NCBI GenBank assembly: GCA_965214705.1
Contig: OZ243972.1
Location: 384,001 to 448,000, forward strand
Length of the DNA: 64,000 nt
Direction of reading: 5' to 3'
DNA from: Alphaproteobacteria bacterium
GTDB taxonomy: Bacteria; Pseudomonadota; Alphaproteobacteria; UBA828
Under the pieces are notes generated by a model, which was not told the DNA's origin, searched no databases, and was given only the letters and a program-made list of their open reading frames with translations. Below, piece by piece: positions 21,331 to 31,135 of this stretch. Made by a program: the position numbers and the translations under genes. Numbering within the stretch: position 1 is the first letter of the stretch; each line of letters opens with the position of its first letter.

Positions 21331-21681
21331 TCACTCCGCCGCCAGCGGGCGGCGAACCGGGAGGGCCTTCACCCGGCGCCAGTCAAGGCCCTCGAAAAGA
21401 GCCTCGAACTGGCCCTTCGTAAGGCGCATCACACCGTCCTCGATCCGGGGCCAGGCGAAACGACCCCGCTCAAGACGCTTGTAGGTCATCACCAGACCGG
21501 TGCCGTCCCACGCAAGGAGCTTGAGCCTGTCGCCGCGGCGCGAGCGGAAGATCACGATCACCCCGGAATAGATATCGAGATCCAGCTCCCCCGCCGCCGT
21601 CGCCGCAAGCGCGTCGTGGCCGCGACGAAAATCAACCGGCCGCGTCGCCAACACGATGCGAAGCGAGGGCACCGCGATCAT
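21331..21681 (-). CDS. tnpB: IS66 accessory protein TnpB
   Basis: PVDFRRGHD, FRSRRGDRLKLLAWDGTG, KRLERGRF. Confidence 0.93.
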   Translation of the reverse strand: MIAVPSLRIVLATRPVDFRRGHDALAATAAGELDLDIYSGVIVIFRSRRGDRLKLLAWDGTGLVMTYKRLERGRFAWPRIEDGVMRLTKGQFEALFEGLDWRRVKALPVRRPLAAE

Positions 21682-22133
21682 GACGACGCCCGACCCAGAC
21701 CCGAGGCCACAGCCACGATCCGATCGACCGCGCTCTCCACCGGAAGGCGAACGACCACGCCCAGCGCCTCGATCGCCACCGTCCGCTCGGACGTCACGCT
21801 ATCAACCACCACGGGAACAAATGGCGGTGCAGAGCCACCAATCCGAGCGCCCGGAAGAGTTCCCTCCCGCGCGCGCCGCCGCCACTTGGTCAGGGTCGTA
21901 TCGCTGACGCCATGGCGGCGCGCGACCGCCGCAACCGAAGAGCCCGGCTCAAAGCTCTCCGAGACAATCCGCGCCTTCTCATCGTCCGGCCAGCGTCGCA
22001 TGGGGGCCGGCTCAGACGGAGCCGGGGCGGCTCCCTCAGAAGCTGGGAGCTCAACCGAAGCAACAGCGACACCGTCGCCAGATGCCAAAATCGAATCTGT
22101 CATCGCGATCTCTCCTGTGTGGCTCGTGGTCAA
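21678..22133 (-). CDS. tnpA: IS66 accessory protein TnpA (HTH)
   Basis: RRWPDDEKARIVSES..PGSSVAAVARRHG..L.KWRR; start uncertain. Confidence 0.88.
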   Translation of the reverse strand: MTTSHTGEIAMTDSILASGDGVAVASVELPASEGAAPAPSEPAPMRRWPDDEKARIVSESFEPGSSVAAVARRHGVSDTTLTKWRRRAREGTLPGARIGGSAPPFVPVVVDSVTSERTVAIEALGVVVRLPVESAVDRIVAVASGLGRASS

Positions 22134-23188
22134 GGCGGAGAGTCAGCCCCGAAATCAGATCCGCTGGAAGTATGGGGGCCCGATACCGCTTACTTCGCAA
22201 CCACCGCGCCCGAGTCCAGCACCGGCGGGGATCGTTGACGGTGTCGTCACCCGATGGGAGCCAACGTGTCCCACTTGAGGCGATCGACGCGTTGATAGTG
22301 CTGGGCGGGGCGCAGGTCACCATGCAGGCATTGGATGCATGTGTGCGGCGGGGCATACGCGTCGCGGCCCTCCACCGGAGCGGTGCCGTGCGCTTCCTCG
22401 TAAGCGGCGCGACCAAAGGCAACATTCACCTCCGCACAGCGCTCTTTGAGGCGGTCATGGATGAATCCCGCTCGCTCGAGTTGTCGAGGGCTATTGTCGC
22501 GGCAAAACTGCAGAATAGCCGGAGGGTCGTTGGCCGCTGGTCGCGTGACGAAAGGGATACGGTAAAAAGCAAGCGACTCGCCGACCGGAGCGAGCAGATT
22601 CGGCAACGAATTGCGCGACTGGCGGACGCGGTGTCGGGCGATTCCGTGCGCGGTATCGAAGGAGATGCGGCCCGGATTTACTTCCGGGCGGTGGAGCAGG
22701 TCGTGGCGCCGGCCAAACTGGGCTTCTCGTCGAGGTCGCGGCGACCGCCTCGTGACCCCGTCAATGCGATGTTGAGCTTCTGCTACGGGCTGTTGGTGAC
22801 CGAGTGCTGCGGTGCGCTGGAGAGTGTCGGTCTAGACTACCAGATGGGGTTTTTCCATCGCCCGCGGGCAGGCCGTCCCTCCCTTGCGCTGGATCTGGCA
22901 GAAGAGCTGCGCGCGTTGACGGATCGGTTCGTGGTGTCGCTGGTACGCCGCCGGCAAATCGGACCTGCAGGCTTCGACTATACGCCTGGCGGCGGCGTTT
23001 ACCTGAACGACGACGCGAGAACCGCTCTGATCGAGGCGTGGGAAGAATACAAGGAAACAGAAACTGCGCATAGAATACTCGGGCGACCAGTTGGACGATG
23101 GGCGATCCCCTCGGTCCAGGCAACACTGCTTGCGCGGCATCTACGCGGAGACCTCGCTGCGTATCCGCCATTTGTTCTCCCATAACCG

Positions 23189-23479
23189 ATGGACGTATTG
23201 GTCACCTACGACATCGCAGATACGGAATCCACTGGAGCGTTGCGCCTTAGGCGGATCTCGGACGTGTGCGAGAAGTATGGGCAGCGGGTGCAGTTCTCGG
23301 TCTTCGAATGCCGCCTCTCCAAAGCGAGGCTGGTCCGGTTTGTCGGGGAGGTGGAAGACATCATCGACCGCGATCGCGACTCCGTGCTCGTCTACCGTTT
23401 CCCCGGTGGAATTGAGGCCGCGACGCTGCGTTTAGGTCGGCGTCCGGAACATGCTCTTGGCAAGCCTTGGATCCTATGA
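23189..23479 (+). CDS. cas2: CRISPR-associated Cas2
   Basis: VLVTYDI, RLRRI, YGQRVQFSVFEC, DRDSV. Confidence 0.95.
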   Translation: MDVLVTYDIADTESTGALRLRRISDVCEKYGQRVQFSVFECRLSKARLVRFVGEVEDIIDRDRDSVLVYRFPGGIEAATLRLGRRPEHALGKPWIL

Positions 23480-23674
23480 GACAGCTTGCGAACCTCCGGT
23501 GACTCTCGTTTCAGAGCGTCGAATTGGCGAATTGTGGCATGATCGGAAAGTGGGAGTGTCTCGCTATCCTGCGGCTTTGCGGCGGATGAGACAATTCAGC
23601 CACCCTCTCGGCGGTCTGACGACTGGATTGGGACGAAATTTCTCCGAGCAGACAGCAGTTCGCCGTGATTAGGG
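23480..23674 (+). promoter_or_regulatory. CRISPR leader
   Basis: Non-coding, lower-GC segment between cas2 and repeat 1. Confidence 0.7.
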
Positions 23675-24817
23675 GTGTCGCCGGGGTTTCGACTCCGGCC
23701 TTCGTTGAGCGACGACGCATGTGCAATCCGGGACGGCGACGGTCGCGCGTCGCCGGGGTTTCGACTCCGGCCTTCGTTGAGCGACCGGGGCCTCCACCGA
23801 TACCGACACCGTGTGGCGGTGTCGCCGGGGTTTCGACTCCGGCCTTCGTTGAGCGTCGCTACCCGCCATGGGAACTAGCTGGGGGCAGGGGGTGTCGCCG
23901 GGGTTTCGACTCCGGCCTTCGTTGAGCGAGCAGCGTGTCGGCGACGATCACGATGCGCTCGGCGTGTGTCGCCGGGGTTTCGACTCCGGCCTTCGTTGAG
24001 CGCACCTAGGGGACAGGGTGCTCACCGCGGACGGCAGGTGTCGCCGGGGTTTCGACTCCGGCCTTCGTTGAGCGTACCCGCGCCAGCGCGCTGGCCTGCC
24101 CGGCCGAGTGGTGTCGCCGGGGTTTCGACTCCGGCCTTCGTTGAGCGGCCCACGTCTGCGACGACGCGCGCGTCTACGGCGACGGTGTCGCCGGGGTTTC
24201 GACTCCGGCCTTCGTTGAGCGATTTCGGGCAGCGATTTGGTCCATCCCGGACCGCGAGTGTCGCCGGGGTTTCGACTCCGGCCTTCGTTGAGCGGGATAG
24301 CGGGGAATCGGAGGTACCGGACCCAGTCAGCGTGTGTCGCCGGGGTTTCGACTCCGGCCTTCGTTGAGCGCCCGTCGAGTAGTAGTTGCACGACGGACCG
24401 GGGTGGGTGTCGCCGGGGTTTCGACTCCGGCCTTCGTTGAGCGACGACGCGGGACGAGCGGCGGCGTATCTGGAGACGCAGGTGTCGCCGGGGTTTCGAC
24501 TCCGGCCTTCGTTGAGCGCTGGCGCCGGTCGATACCTATACCGTGCCCACCATGGACGTGTCGCCGGGGTTTCGACTCCGGCCTTCGTTGAGCGAGGCGC
24601 GTATGTTGAGGTGGTTCATGTCACGTCTCCCGGTGTCGCCGGGGTTTCGACTCCGGCCTTCGTTGAGCGTCCGAGGTGGCGACTGCGACGGGCAACCGTT
24701 CACGGGGTGTCGCCGGGGTTTCGACTCCGGCCTTCGTTGAGCGGCCATGCAGGTCGGGCTGTACCGCAGGGTCGTCGGAGGTGTCGCCGGGGTTTCGACT
24801 CCGGCCTTCGTTGAGCG
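23675..24817 (+). CRISPR. CRISPR array, 16 repeats of 37 bp and 15 spacers of about 35-39 bp
   Basis: Repeat GTGTCGCCGGGGTTTCGACTCCGGCCTTCGTTGAGCG with an internal GCCGGGG/CTCCGGC hairpin; repeat 2 starts GC instead of GT. Confidence 0.98.
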
Positions 24818-24883
24818 ACGTAGAGGTCGCAGGCGTCAGGGCAAATTCGTCCATGGGGTTGGTAGGCTGCTGAGTTTTCGGTA

Positions 24884-25912
24884 GGCTCAATTCGCAAACC
24901 GTAGGCATGGCTTTGCCATCGCAGCCTCAAGGCAGGCTCTCGGCGATGGCTGATCGTCGAGTGCGATGAGATGGAACCACCTCAGATAGCTGTCCAGGTA
25001 CTTGGTGGCGATGCCGCGGCGGATGCGCAGAAAGCCCTTGATCTGGCTGTGGCGGCTGTTGACCGTCTGGATGTGCACGGCACCCCGGACCCGCTCCCCT
25101 GCAGAGCCGTTGATGCTCTCGTGAGGGATGTCGAGCGCGGCTGCGACGGGCGGATAGCAGCGGTTGGCGTCGGAGACCAGCAGGGCATCCGGGGCGAGGA
25201 CCGGCTCCAGCACCGCCTTCACGTTGTCTGCGTTCAGCGCGGGCAGGGTGTGGCTGAGGGTCTCGCCGCCACGGTCGGCGGCGACCAGAACCGGCACCTG
25301 CTCGCGCGAGAGGCCGCGCTTCTTGGCCTTGCCGCCGCGCCGGCGCGGCTTGCGGTCGAGCTTCCGCTGCCCCTTGCGGCTCTCCAGGACGAAGGTCTCG
25401 TCCGCCTCGACGATCCCGGCAAGCCGCTCCGGCGCCTGGCGGACCGCCGCCAGGAAGCGGTGGCGCCAGCGATGCGCCGTGCTCGGCGCAATCCCGCAGC
25501 GCGCGGCGGACGCCTTGATCGTCTCGCCCTCGGCAAGCGAGGCGCCAAAGGACAGCCAGCGCTCCTTGTGGTGAAGGCCCGACAGCGCCGTGCCCGTGAG
25601 CGCACCAAAGGTCCTCCCGCACTCCTTGCAGCGGAAGCGGCGAAGACCGCGCGCCTTGCCCCGCGACACAGCCCCGCCGGCGCCGCAGTGCCGGCAGCGC
25701 CGCTCGTCATCCACACCAAGCTCGATCGCCGCCAACGAGGCCGCGCCCTCCGGCGGGTCCGACAGCATCGCCGCCACTTCCTTGCGCTGCGCCGCAGTCA
25801 ACTCATCGACACGCGAGAACCAGTCCCGAAACCGCTCGTGATCCATCTCTCTGACTCCATAAACGAATCCGGCATGATTCTACCATCACGCATACGATTC
25901 ACGAATTGAGCT
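24884..25912 (-). mobile_element. IS1595-family element
   Basis: TIR GGCTCAATTCG / CGAATTGAGCT; 8-bp TSD TTTCGGTA at 24876-24883 and 25913-25920. Confidence 0.9.
24887..25846 (-). CDS. IS1595-family transposase
   Basis: Zn ribbon CRHC...CKEC, GIVEADETF, HIQTVNSRH, GIATKYLDSYLRWF. Confidence 0.92.
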   Translation of the reverse strand: MDHERFRDWFSRVDELTAAQRKEVAAMLSDPPEGAASLAAIELGVDDERRCRHCGAGGAVSRGKARGLRRFRCKECGRTFGALTGTALSGLHHKERWLSFGASLAEGETIKASAARCGIAPSTAHRWRHRFLAAVRQAPERLAGIVEADETFVLESRKGQRKLDRKPRRRGGKAKKRGLSREQVPVLVAADRGGETLSHTLPALNADNVKAVLEPVLAPDALLVSDANRCYPPVAAALDIPHESINGSAGERVRGAVHIQTVNSRHSQIKGFLRIRRGIATKYLDSYLRWFHLIALDDQPSPRACLEAAMAKPCLRFAN

Positions 25913-26009
25913 TTTCGGTAAGGGGCGTGCGGGTCTCGTTTCGTGCGGCATTTGCAGGCGCTTCGGCGCAGATCCGGCTCGGGGCGGCGGTTTCTCGCAG
26001 CATCCTGTG

Positions 26010-27639
26010 GGCGCGTCTTCACCAGCTCGACGATCCTGGCGGCGGCGGTCTCCGGGTCGTCCGCCGGCACGAAGTAGAAGTCGCTGTCGCCGTCGGGCCG
26101 TGACAGGTCGGGGATGGCGCCCCGGTTGATCCCGTGAGCCGAGGTCACGATCCGGCTCCGCACCGCCTGGCGGAACACCTCGGTCAGCCGCGCCACAGGC
26201 ACCGCGCCCGAGACGATGATGTCGGCGAGCACCTGGCCGGGTCCCACGGAGGGCAGCCGGTCGACATCGCCCACGATCAGCAGCGCGGCTTCGTCGGGCA
26301 CCGCCGCCAGCAGCGAGCGCATCAGCGCGACATCCACCATCGAGGTCTCGTCGATTACCAGAAGGTCGCAGTCAAGCGGGTTGGCCGCATCGCGCCTGAA
26401 GCCGCCGTGCCCGGGGTCCACCTCCAGCAGGCGATGCACCGTCTTCGCCTCCATCCCGGTGGCCTCGCTCATCCGCTTCGCGGCGCGCCCGGTCGGCGCG
26501 CACAGGAGAATGTCCACGCCCTTGGCCGAGAGGATGCGCAGGATCGCGTTGACGATCGTCGTCTTGCCCACGCCAGGCCCGCCCGTGACCACGGTGGCCT
26601 TGGCGGTGAGCGCAATACGGACCGCGTCGGCCTGGCCCGCTGCCAGGGCAAGGCCGGTCTTCCGCTCGACCCAGGGCAGCGCCTTCCCGATATCGATGTC
26701 CGGCCAGGGCAGCGGGCCGGCCGCGATCCGCAGAATCCGGTCCGCGATCGCCTGCTCCGCCCGGTAGAGGCCCCCGAGGAACACGCAGGGGGTATCGGCC
26801 ACCGTGTCCGCGACCACGCTGCCTTCGGCCAACTCAAGGTCGAGCGCGCTTCGGACCAGGTCGTCGGGAACCTCCAGAAACCGGGATGCGAGCGGCCCCA
26901 GCTCTTCCGCCGGCAGGCCGCAATGCCCCTCGTCCATCGCCTCGGTCAGCGCATAGGAGATGCCCGCTCTAACCCGAATCGTCGCCGTCTTCTCGATGCC
27001 GAGCTTCATCGCGATGGTGTCGGCGGTCCTGAAGCCGATCCCGCGTATGTCGCGGGCGAGGCGGTAGGGGTTCTCCGTCATCACCTCGATGGCGTCCGCA
27101 CCGTAGGTCCTGAATATGCGCACCGCCCGCGCCGTGCCCACGCCATGGCCGTGCAGGAATACCATGATCTCGCGCGACGCCTTCTGCTCCGCCCACGCGC
27201 CGGTGATGCGCCCGGCCCGGACCTTCCCGATCCCGGTCACCTCGCGAAGCCGTTCCGGCTCCGCCTCGATCACGTCGAACATCTTCTCGCCGAAGGCCCG
27301 CACTAGCTTGCCGGCATAGACGGGGCCGATGCCCCGGATCATGCCCGAGCCCAGGTACTTCTCGATGCCCTCCACGGATGACGGTGTGGACGTGCGCACG
27401 AAGCGCGCCTTGAACTGGTGCCCGTGGGTGCGGTCGTTGACCCATTCGCCCGACGCCGTGATCCATTCCCCGGCTCCACCATCGCGGCTCGGCCCACCAC
27501 CGTGACAAGGTCGCGATGGCCCCCTGGCCTTCGTCCTGAGAACGCAGAAGCCGTTCTCGGGGTTGTGGTAGGTGACGCGCTCCACCAGGCCGGCCAGGAC
27601 CTCCCGCTCCTCGGACGGCCGCTGCCGGCCGGCGGTCAA
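26010..27639 (-). pseudogene. recD2: RecD2-like SF1 helicase, 3'-truncated
   Basis: VERVTYHNPENGFCVL, ENPYRLARDIRGIGF, TGGPGVGKT, APTGRAAKR, DETSM, GDVDRLPSVGPG, LTEVFRQA; homology ends at VELVKTR; a short N-terminal stretch looks frame-shifted and restored. Confidence 0.85.
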
Positions 27640-27730
27640 GCCGCGCCGGGCGCGGATTGCGCCGCCCGCTCCCCGTTGCGCGAGGCGGGCATGCGCGTGT
27701 CGTGCGCTGCCGCTCCGGCGTCCCTGCGGT

Positions 27731-28417
27731 TCAGCACGATGCCAGGGTCACCATGACCTCGTTCCTGCGGAGCATCGGGATCGTCCAGGGCGGGTTGTAG
27801 CCTGCCATACGCCAGTCCCCCGCATGCTCCAGATCGCGCGCTTCGATCCAGCGCTCAAGCCGCTGCCGCTCCGCCTCGCCCGCCTCGTTGTCCAGCTTGT
27901 CGCTGAAGCGGATGCTCGCGACACAGCGCGCGCCTAGGTCCCTGACCGCAACGCCGCCGTCCACCGGCGCCGTCGCGGCCGTGTACCCGTCCGGCAGGAC
28001 GAAGCCGACCCGCCAGCCGCCGATGCCGGGGCCGGCCAGCGCCTCCGGACTCTCCCCGTCATCGGCGCCGAGGTCCGGCTCCAAGACCGTCGTGCCCGTG
28101 TTCACTATCGCAGGCGCTGCCAGCACCGGCGCGGTCATCGCGATATCGGAGCCGCCCGCGTTGGCCCCCGTGATGTACTCGAACAGCCGCCGGAAGCCGG
28201 CGCCGACCGCCTCGTCGAACGAGCCCGCCGCAGCGGTCCACGCCATCGCATGGCCGTCGTACTCGCGCATCTCGATGTCGCCGTCGGCAAGCACGATCCT
28301 GTACGGGGGTTCCTCGGCAGCCTTGCCGCCGAACACGGAACAGGCGCCCAGGAAGAACGGCCGTGCAATGGCGACCAATGCGCCTATCAACTTCGTTCGC
28401 ATCGACATCGAACCCAA
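27731..28417 (-). CDS. SOUL-family heme-binding lipoprotein
   Basis: Lipobox-like LGAC, EEPPY, EMREY, GFRRLFEYITG, IAMTAPV, YNPPWT..LRRNEV. Confidence 0.88.
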   Translation of the reverse strand: MGSMSMRTKLIGALVAIARPFFLGACSVFGGKAAEEPPYRIVLADGDIEMREYDGHAMAWTAAAGSFDEAVGAGFRRLFEYITGANAGGSDIAMTAPVLAAPAIVNTGTTVLEPDLGADDGESPEALAGPGIGGWRVGFVLPDGYTAATAPVDGGVAVRDLGARCVASIRFSDKLDNEAGEAERQRLERWIEARDLEHAGDWRMAGYNPPWTIPMLRRNEVMVTLASC

Positions 28418-28689
28418 CCTCCGCTCGGTGCGACCTCTCGCGCCGCGGCGATGCGCCTCAGTATATGGCCTCCCGGAAGCGTCGTCCTACCCGTGCGACT
28501 TCGGCAATAAACAGCCCCCGGTGCTCGGTCGAATCGCATGCCGCGGGGCGCGACCGCGCCCGGACAGGCAGGAGACCCGTTCCCGCGCGCATTCCTCATG
28601 TCGCAGCCGAGAGCTGGGCTCCTTCCGGCCCATGACGAACGTGCCATAATCCACTTGCGGCTCCGCCGCGAGCAGCATCCGCACTCGAT

Positions 28690-28745
28690 GAGGCCGCGCG
28701 CCGTCGGCAGGTGTCAGGAAGCCGAACCCTTTCACCGGGTCGCAT
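28690..28745 (-). pseudogene. Cold-shock domain remnant
   Basis: PVKGFGFLTPADG matches the first CSD of 55474-56316, then similarity is lost. Confidence 0.55.
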
Positions 28746-28993
28746 CACGTCAACCTCCTCATGAATGACCGAAGCGGCAGCCCCGACGACCTTGATGCCT
28801 GGCGCCCCGTCGCCGTCGTCGGCGTCTTTTCGCTGCACGCGCGCCGGAAAGAGAAAGAGCCAGCCGGAACGGGGCGGCGGGCGGGGCGTCCCGGCGAGGG
28901 GCGCGTCGTTCCTCGCCGTTCGGGACGATGGCAGGCGGTTGCGCTGCGGAGAATAGCCCCTACATTCGCCGCTAATCATGCGGAGTATGGACC

Positions 28994-29570
28994 ATGTACA
29001 TCTGGGAACACCCGCATTGGCCGCGCTTAGAGCAGGATCGGACCCGCCTCGCGGACGCTCTCGCCGAGACGCGCCACGCGCAGGGTGAGCGCATCGCTGC
29101 GGGGCTTTGCCCCAATTGCGGTGTCCATCCTCCGGTGCCGGAACGCCGGCTGTGTGCCGGCTGTGGCGAGCGGAAGCGCGCCGCCGAGCGCGAGCGCTAC
29201 GCCCATCGCAAGGCCGAAAGCCGCTGTGTCCGATGCCGCGAGCCAGTGCCGACGGGCACCTCCTGCTGCCGACGCTGTGCAGCCATGGAGGCGTCGCGGC
29301 CGAAAGAGCGGAAGAATGCCGCCGATCGAAAGCGGTACGCTCGTCGGCGTGCCAGCCGGAGTTGTTCGCGGGCGCGTTCGCCGGATCGTCGCGGAGCGCC
29401 GGTGCCCGAGGCGCGCTTCACCATCGTCGAGATCGCCACCGGTCTGGCGTTGGACACATTCGAGACCGAAGCCGAGGCCATGGCCTCCCTGGCGTTTCCG
29501 GGCCTCGGTTCCGACGAGGTCGAGATTGTCTCGGATATCGACCCGGCGTTGACTGCGTGGGAGCCGGCCG
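28994..29570 (+). pseudogene. Fic-family N-terminal (DUF4172-like) fragment fused to a Cys-rich repeat protein
   Basis: MYIWEHPHWP...LAETRHAQG followed by GLCPNCGVHPPVPERRLCAGC repeats and the FTIVEIATG..FETEAEA domain. Confidence 0.6.
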
Positions 29571-30216
29571 AGACAGGGATTGCCGGTTCCCACGCTCTCC
29601 TCGCGGAGACCCGTCCGGGCGGCCCGAGGCTACATCCCGGTGTGGCGCTCCGGCAAGGCGCCGGCCACCCAGGCGGAAGACTCCTCTGGCCTTTGCTGCA
29701 GCTGCGTGCGCCTGCCGAATTCTCTCCACGGGGCATCGCTCCTTCGCGGCGCCTGGCCGTTCATCTCGTGCACCCGCTTCTGCTGCAATTGCCTGGAACC
29801 GTCTTGGTCTGTGGGTGTTATTCTGTCGGCGGATGGCCGTTTCGCGGTCCGCGTCACGCGGATCGGGGAGGCGCGTGGCGGCCGGCATTGCTGACGTGCC
29901 CTTCGCATGTCGGCATGAGAGGAGCGCGCCATATGAGTTCCACCAACAACAATGGAAACCAGTCCCCGCCGCCGGACGATGAGGATCGCAGTCTTCTGTT
30001 CGGCCCCACGAAGGCCGCAGCGGAGCGGGCTGGTGACAGGCAGAAGCCGCGCCGACCACATGCGGGTGCCGCGTCGCCACCACCCCCAATTCCCCGCCCG
30101 CGGCGGAGGCGGCCACGGACCCTGCGGGCCGGGCCAGGCCGGTCCCGTCATCGGACGTTGCGCCGACCGCGGTTGCGTCGACCGAGGTCGCGTCGTCCGA
30201 CGCGGTTCTGCGTCGG

Positions 30217-31089
30217 ATGCTCGCCCTGTTGGAGGATATGGACAAGAAGGTCGCGGTCTTGTCGGCTGGCGAGACCGATCTTGCAGGGGCAGCCCGGACC
30301 ATCGCCGGGCAAACGGAGCAGGTCGGCGCGGCGACCGAGTGGGTCAACGACATCAAGGCGGCGATTTCGGAGATCCTGGCGTCGACCGGCAAGCAGATCG
30401 AAGGGCTGAAGAGCGGGAACAGGGATCTCGACGCGGCGCTGGCGCAGCTGAATGTGCTGAAGGAGGGGCTGGACAAGGTCGTGGCGTTGCTCGACGCCAC
30501 GGCGAAGGGCCTCGACCGGAGATCGTCGGAGCTGGGGGCGGTCAAGCAGGAACTCGCCGGGTACTACCGGGAGTGGATCGCCGAGGCCAAGACCGGCCTG
30601 GGCGAGATGAGGGCGCTGTCGAAGCGTCTCGACGCGGGTGATCACATGGTGACCCGTCTGGAGAAGTCGATCGGCCCCTGGACCGAGCGCATGCAGGAGA
30701 GCATCGGGGCGAACAGCGCGGCGCAGCGCGATGCTGCGGCGAAGACCGCCGACAACGTGGACAAGCTCGCCATGACGGGCTTCAGGTTCCTGCAGGAATT
30801 CGGCACGGCCAGGGGGGAGGCGCTGAAGGAGGCCCGGCAGGAGTGGACGCGCATTCGGCGCTGGACGCTTCCGGCGCTGGCAATCGCGCTGGCGATCGCC
30901 GCGCCGCTGTTCGTGTTTGCGGGCGCGCTTGGGCAGAGCGAGTTCGGCGTATTCGCCCCCTACGACGACACCGGGGGCTGGAAGCAGGGGGTGTGGGAGC
31001 GTCACGGCCAGAAGGTCAAGGACTGCATGGTCAAGTCCTGGCGGGCAGGTGATGTCGTCAAATGCAGCTTCGACGTCCGACACCCGTGA
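30217..31089 (+). CDS. Coiled-coil protein with C-terminal transmembrane segment, upstream of the relaxase
   Basis: Heptad-rich body and hydrophobic WTLPALAIALAIAAPLFVFAGAL; probable true start at 29933 (GAGGAG RBS) with a frameshift. Confidence 0.65.
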   Translation: MLALLEDMDKKVAVLSAGETDLAGAARTIAGQTEQVGAATEWVNDIKAAISEILASTGKQIEGLKSGNRDLDAALAQLNVLKEGLDKVVALLDATAKGLDRRSSELGAVKQELAGYYREWIAEAKTGLGEMRALSKRLDAGDHMVTRLEKSIGPWTERMQESIGANSAAQRDAAAKTADNVDKLAMTGFRFLQEFGTARGEALKEARQEWTRIRRWTLPALAIALAIAAPLFVFAGALGQSEFGVFAPYDDTGGWKQGVWERHGQKVKDCMVKSWRAGDVVKCSFDVRHP

Positions 31090-31135
31090 TCGGCGCGGCG
31101 AACGCGGCAGCTCTTGCCGCCAAGGGCCGAGAGGC

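Larger units (their letters stand above)
19466..22193 (-). mobile_element. Canonical three-gene IS66
   Basis: TIR GTAAGCGGTA / TACCGCTTAC; 8-bp TSD TTCGCAAC at 19458-19465 and 22194-22201. Confidence 0.95.
19433..23185 (+). pseudogene. cas1: cas1 interrupted after codon 11 by IS66 (body 22194-23185 intact)
   Basis: MRYLSTLYVRN joins HRARVQHRRGSL across the TSD; RGIEGDAA.YF, RRPPRDPVNAMLSFCY, SLALDLAEELR. Confidence 0.92.

Noticed and set aside
19466-22193. CRISPR-associated transposon, or IS66 tnpB as an RNA-guided nuclease
   Set aside because: No TnsB/TnsC/TniQ, Cas3 is present, the IS66 simply interrupts cas1, and IS66 TnpB is unrelated to IS200/605 TnpB.
23712-24780. Self-targeting spacers within the window
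   Set aside because: None found by eye; an alignment is needed to exclude them.
23665-24930. Repetitive ORFs (VAGVSTPAFVER units)
   Set aside because: Translations of the CRISPR array.
28994-30409. Single 471-aa protein
   Set aside because: Chimeric read-through of a Fic fragment, a Cys-repeat gene, intergenic DNA and the start of the next gene.
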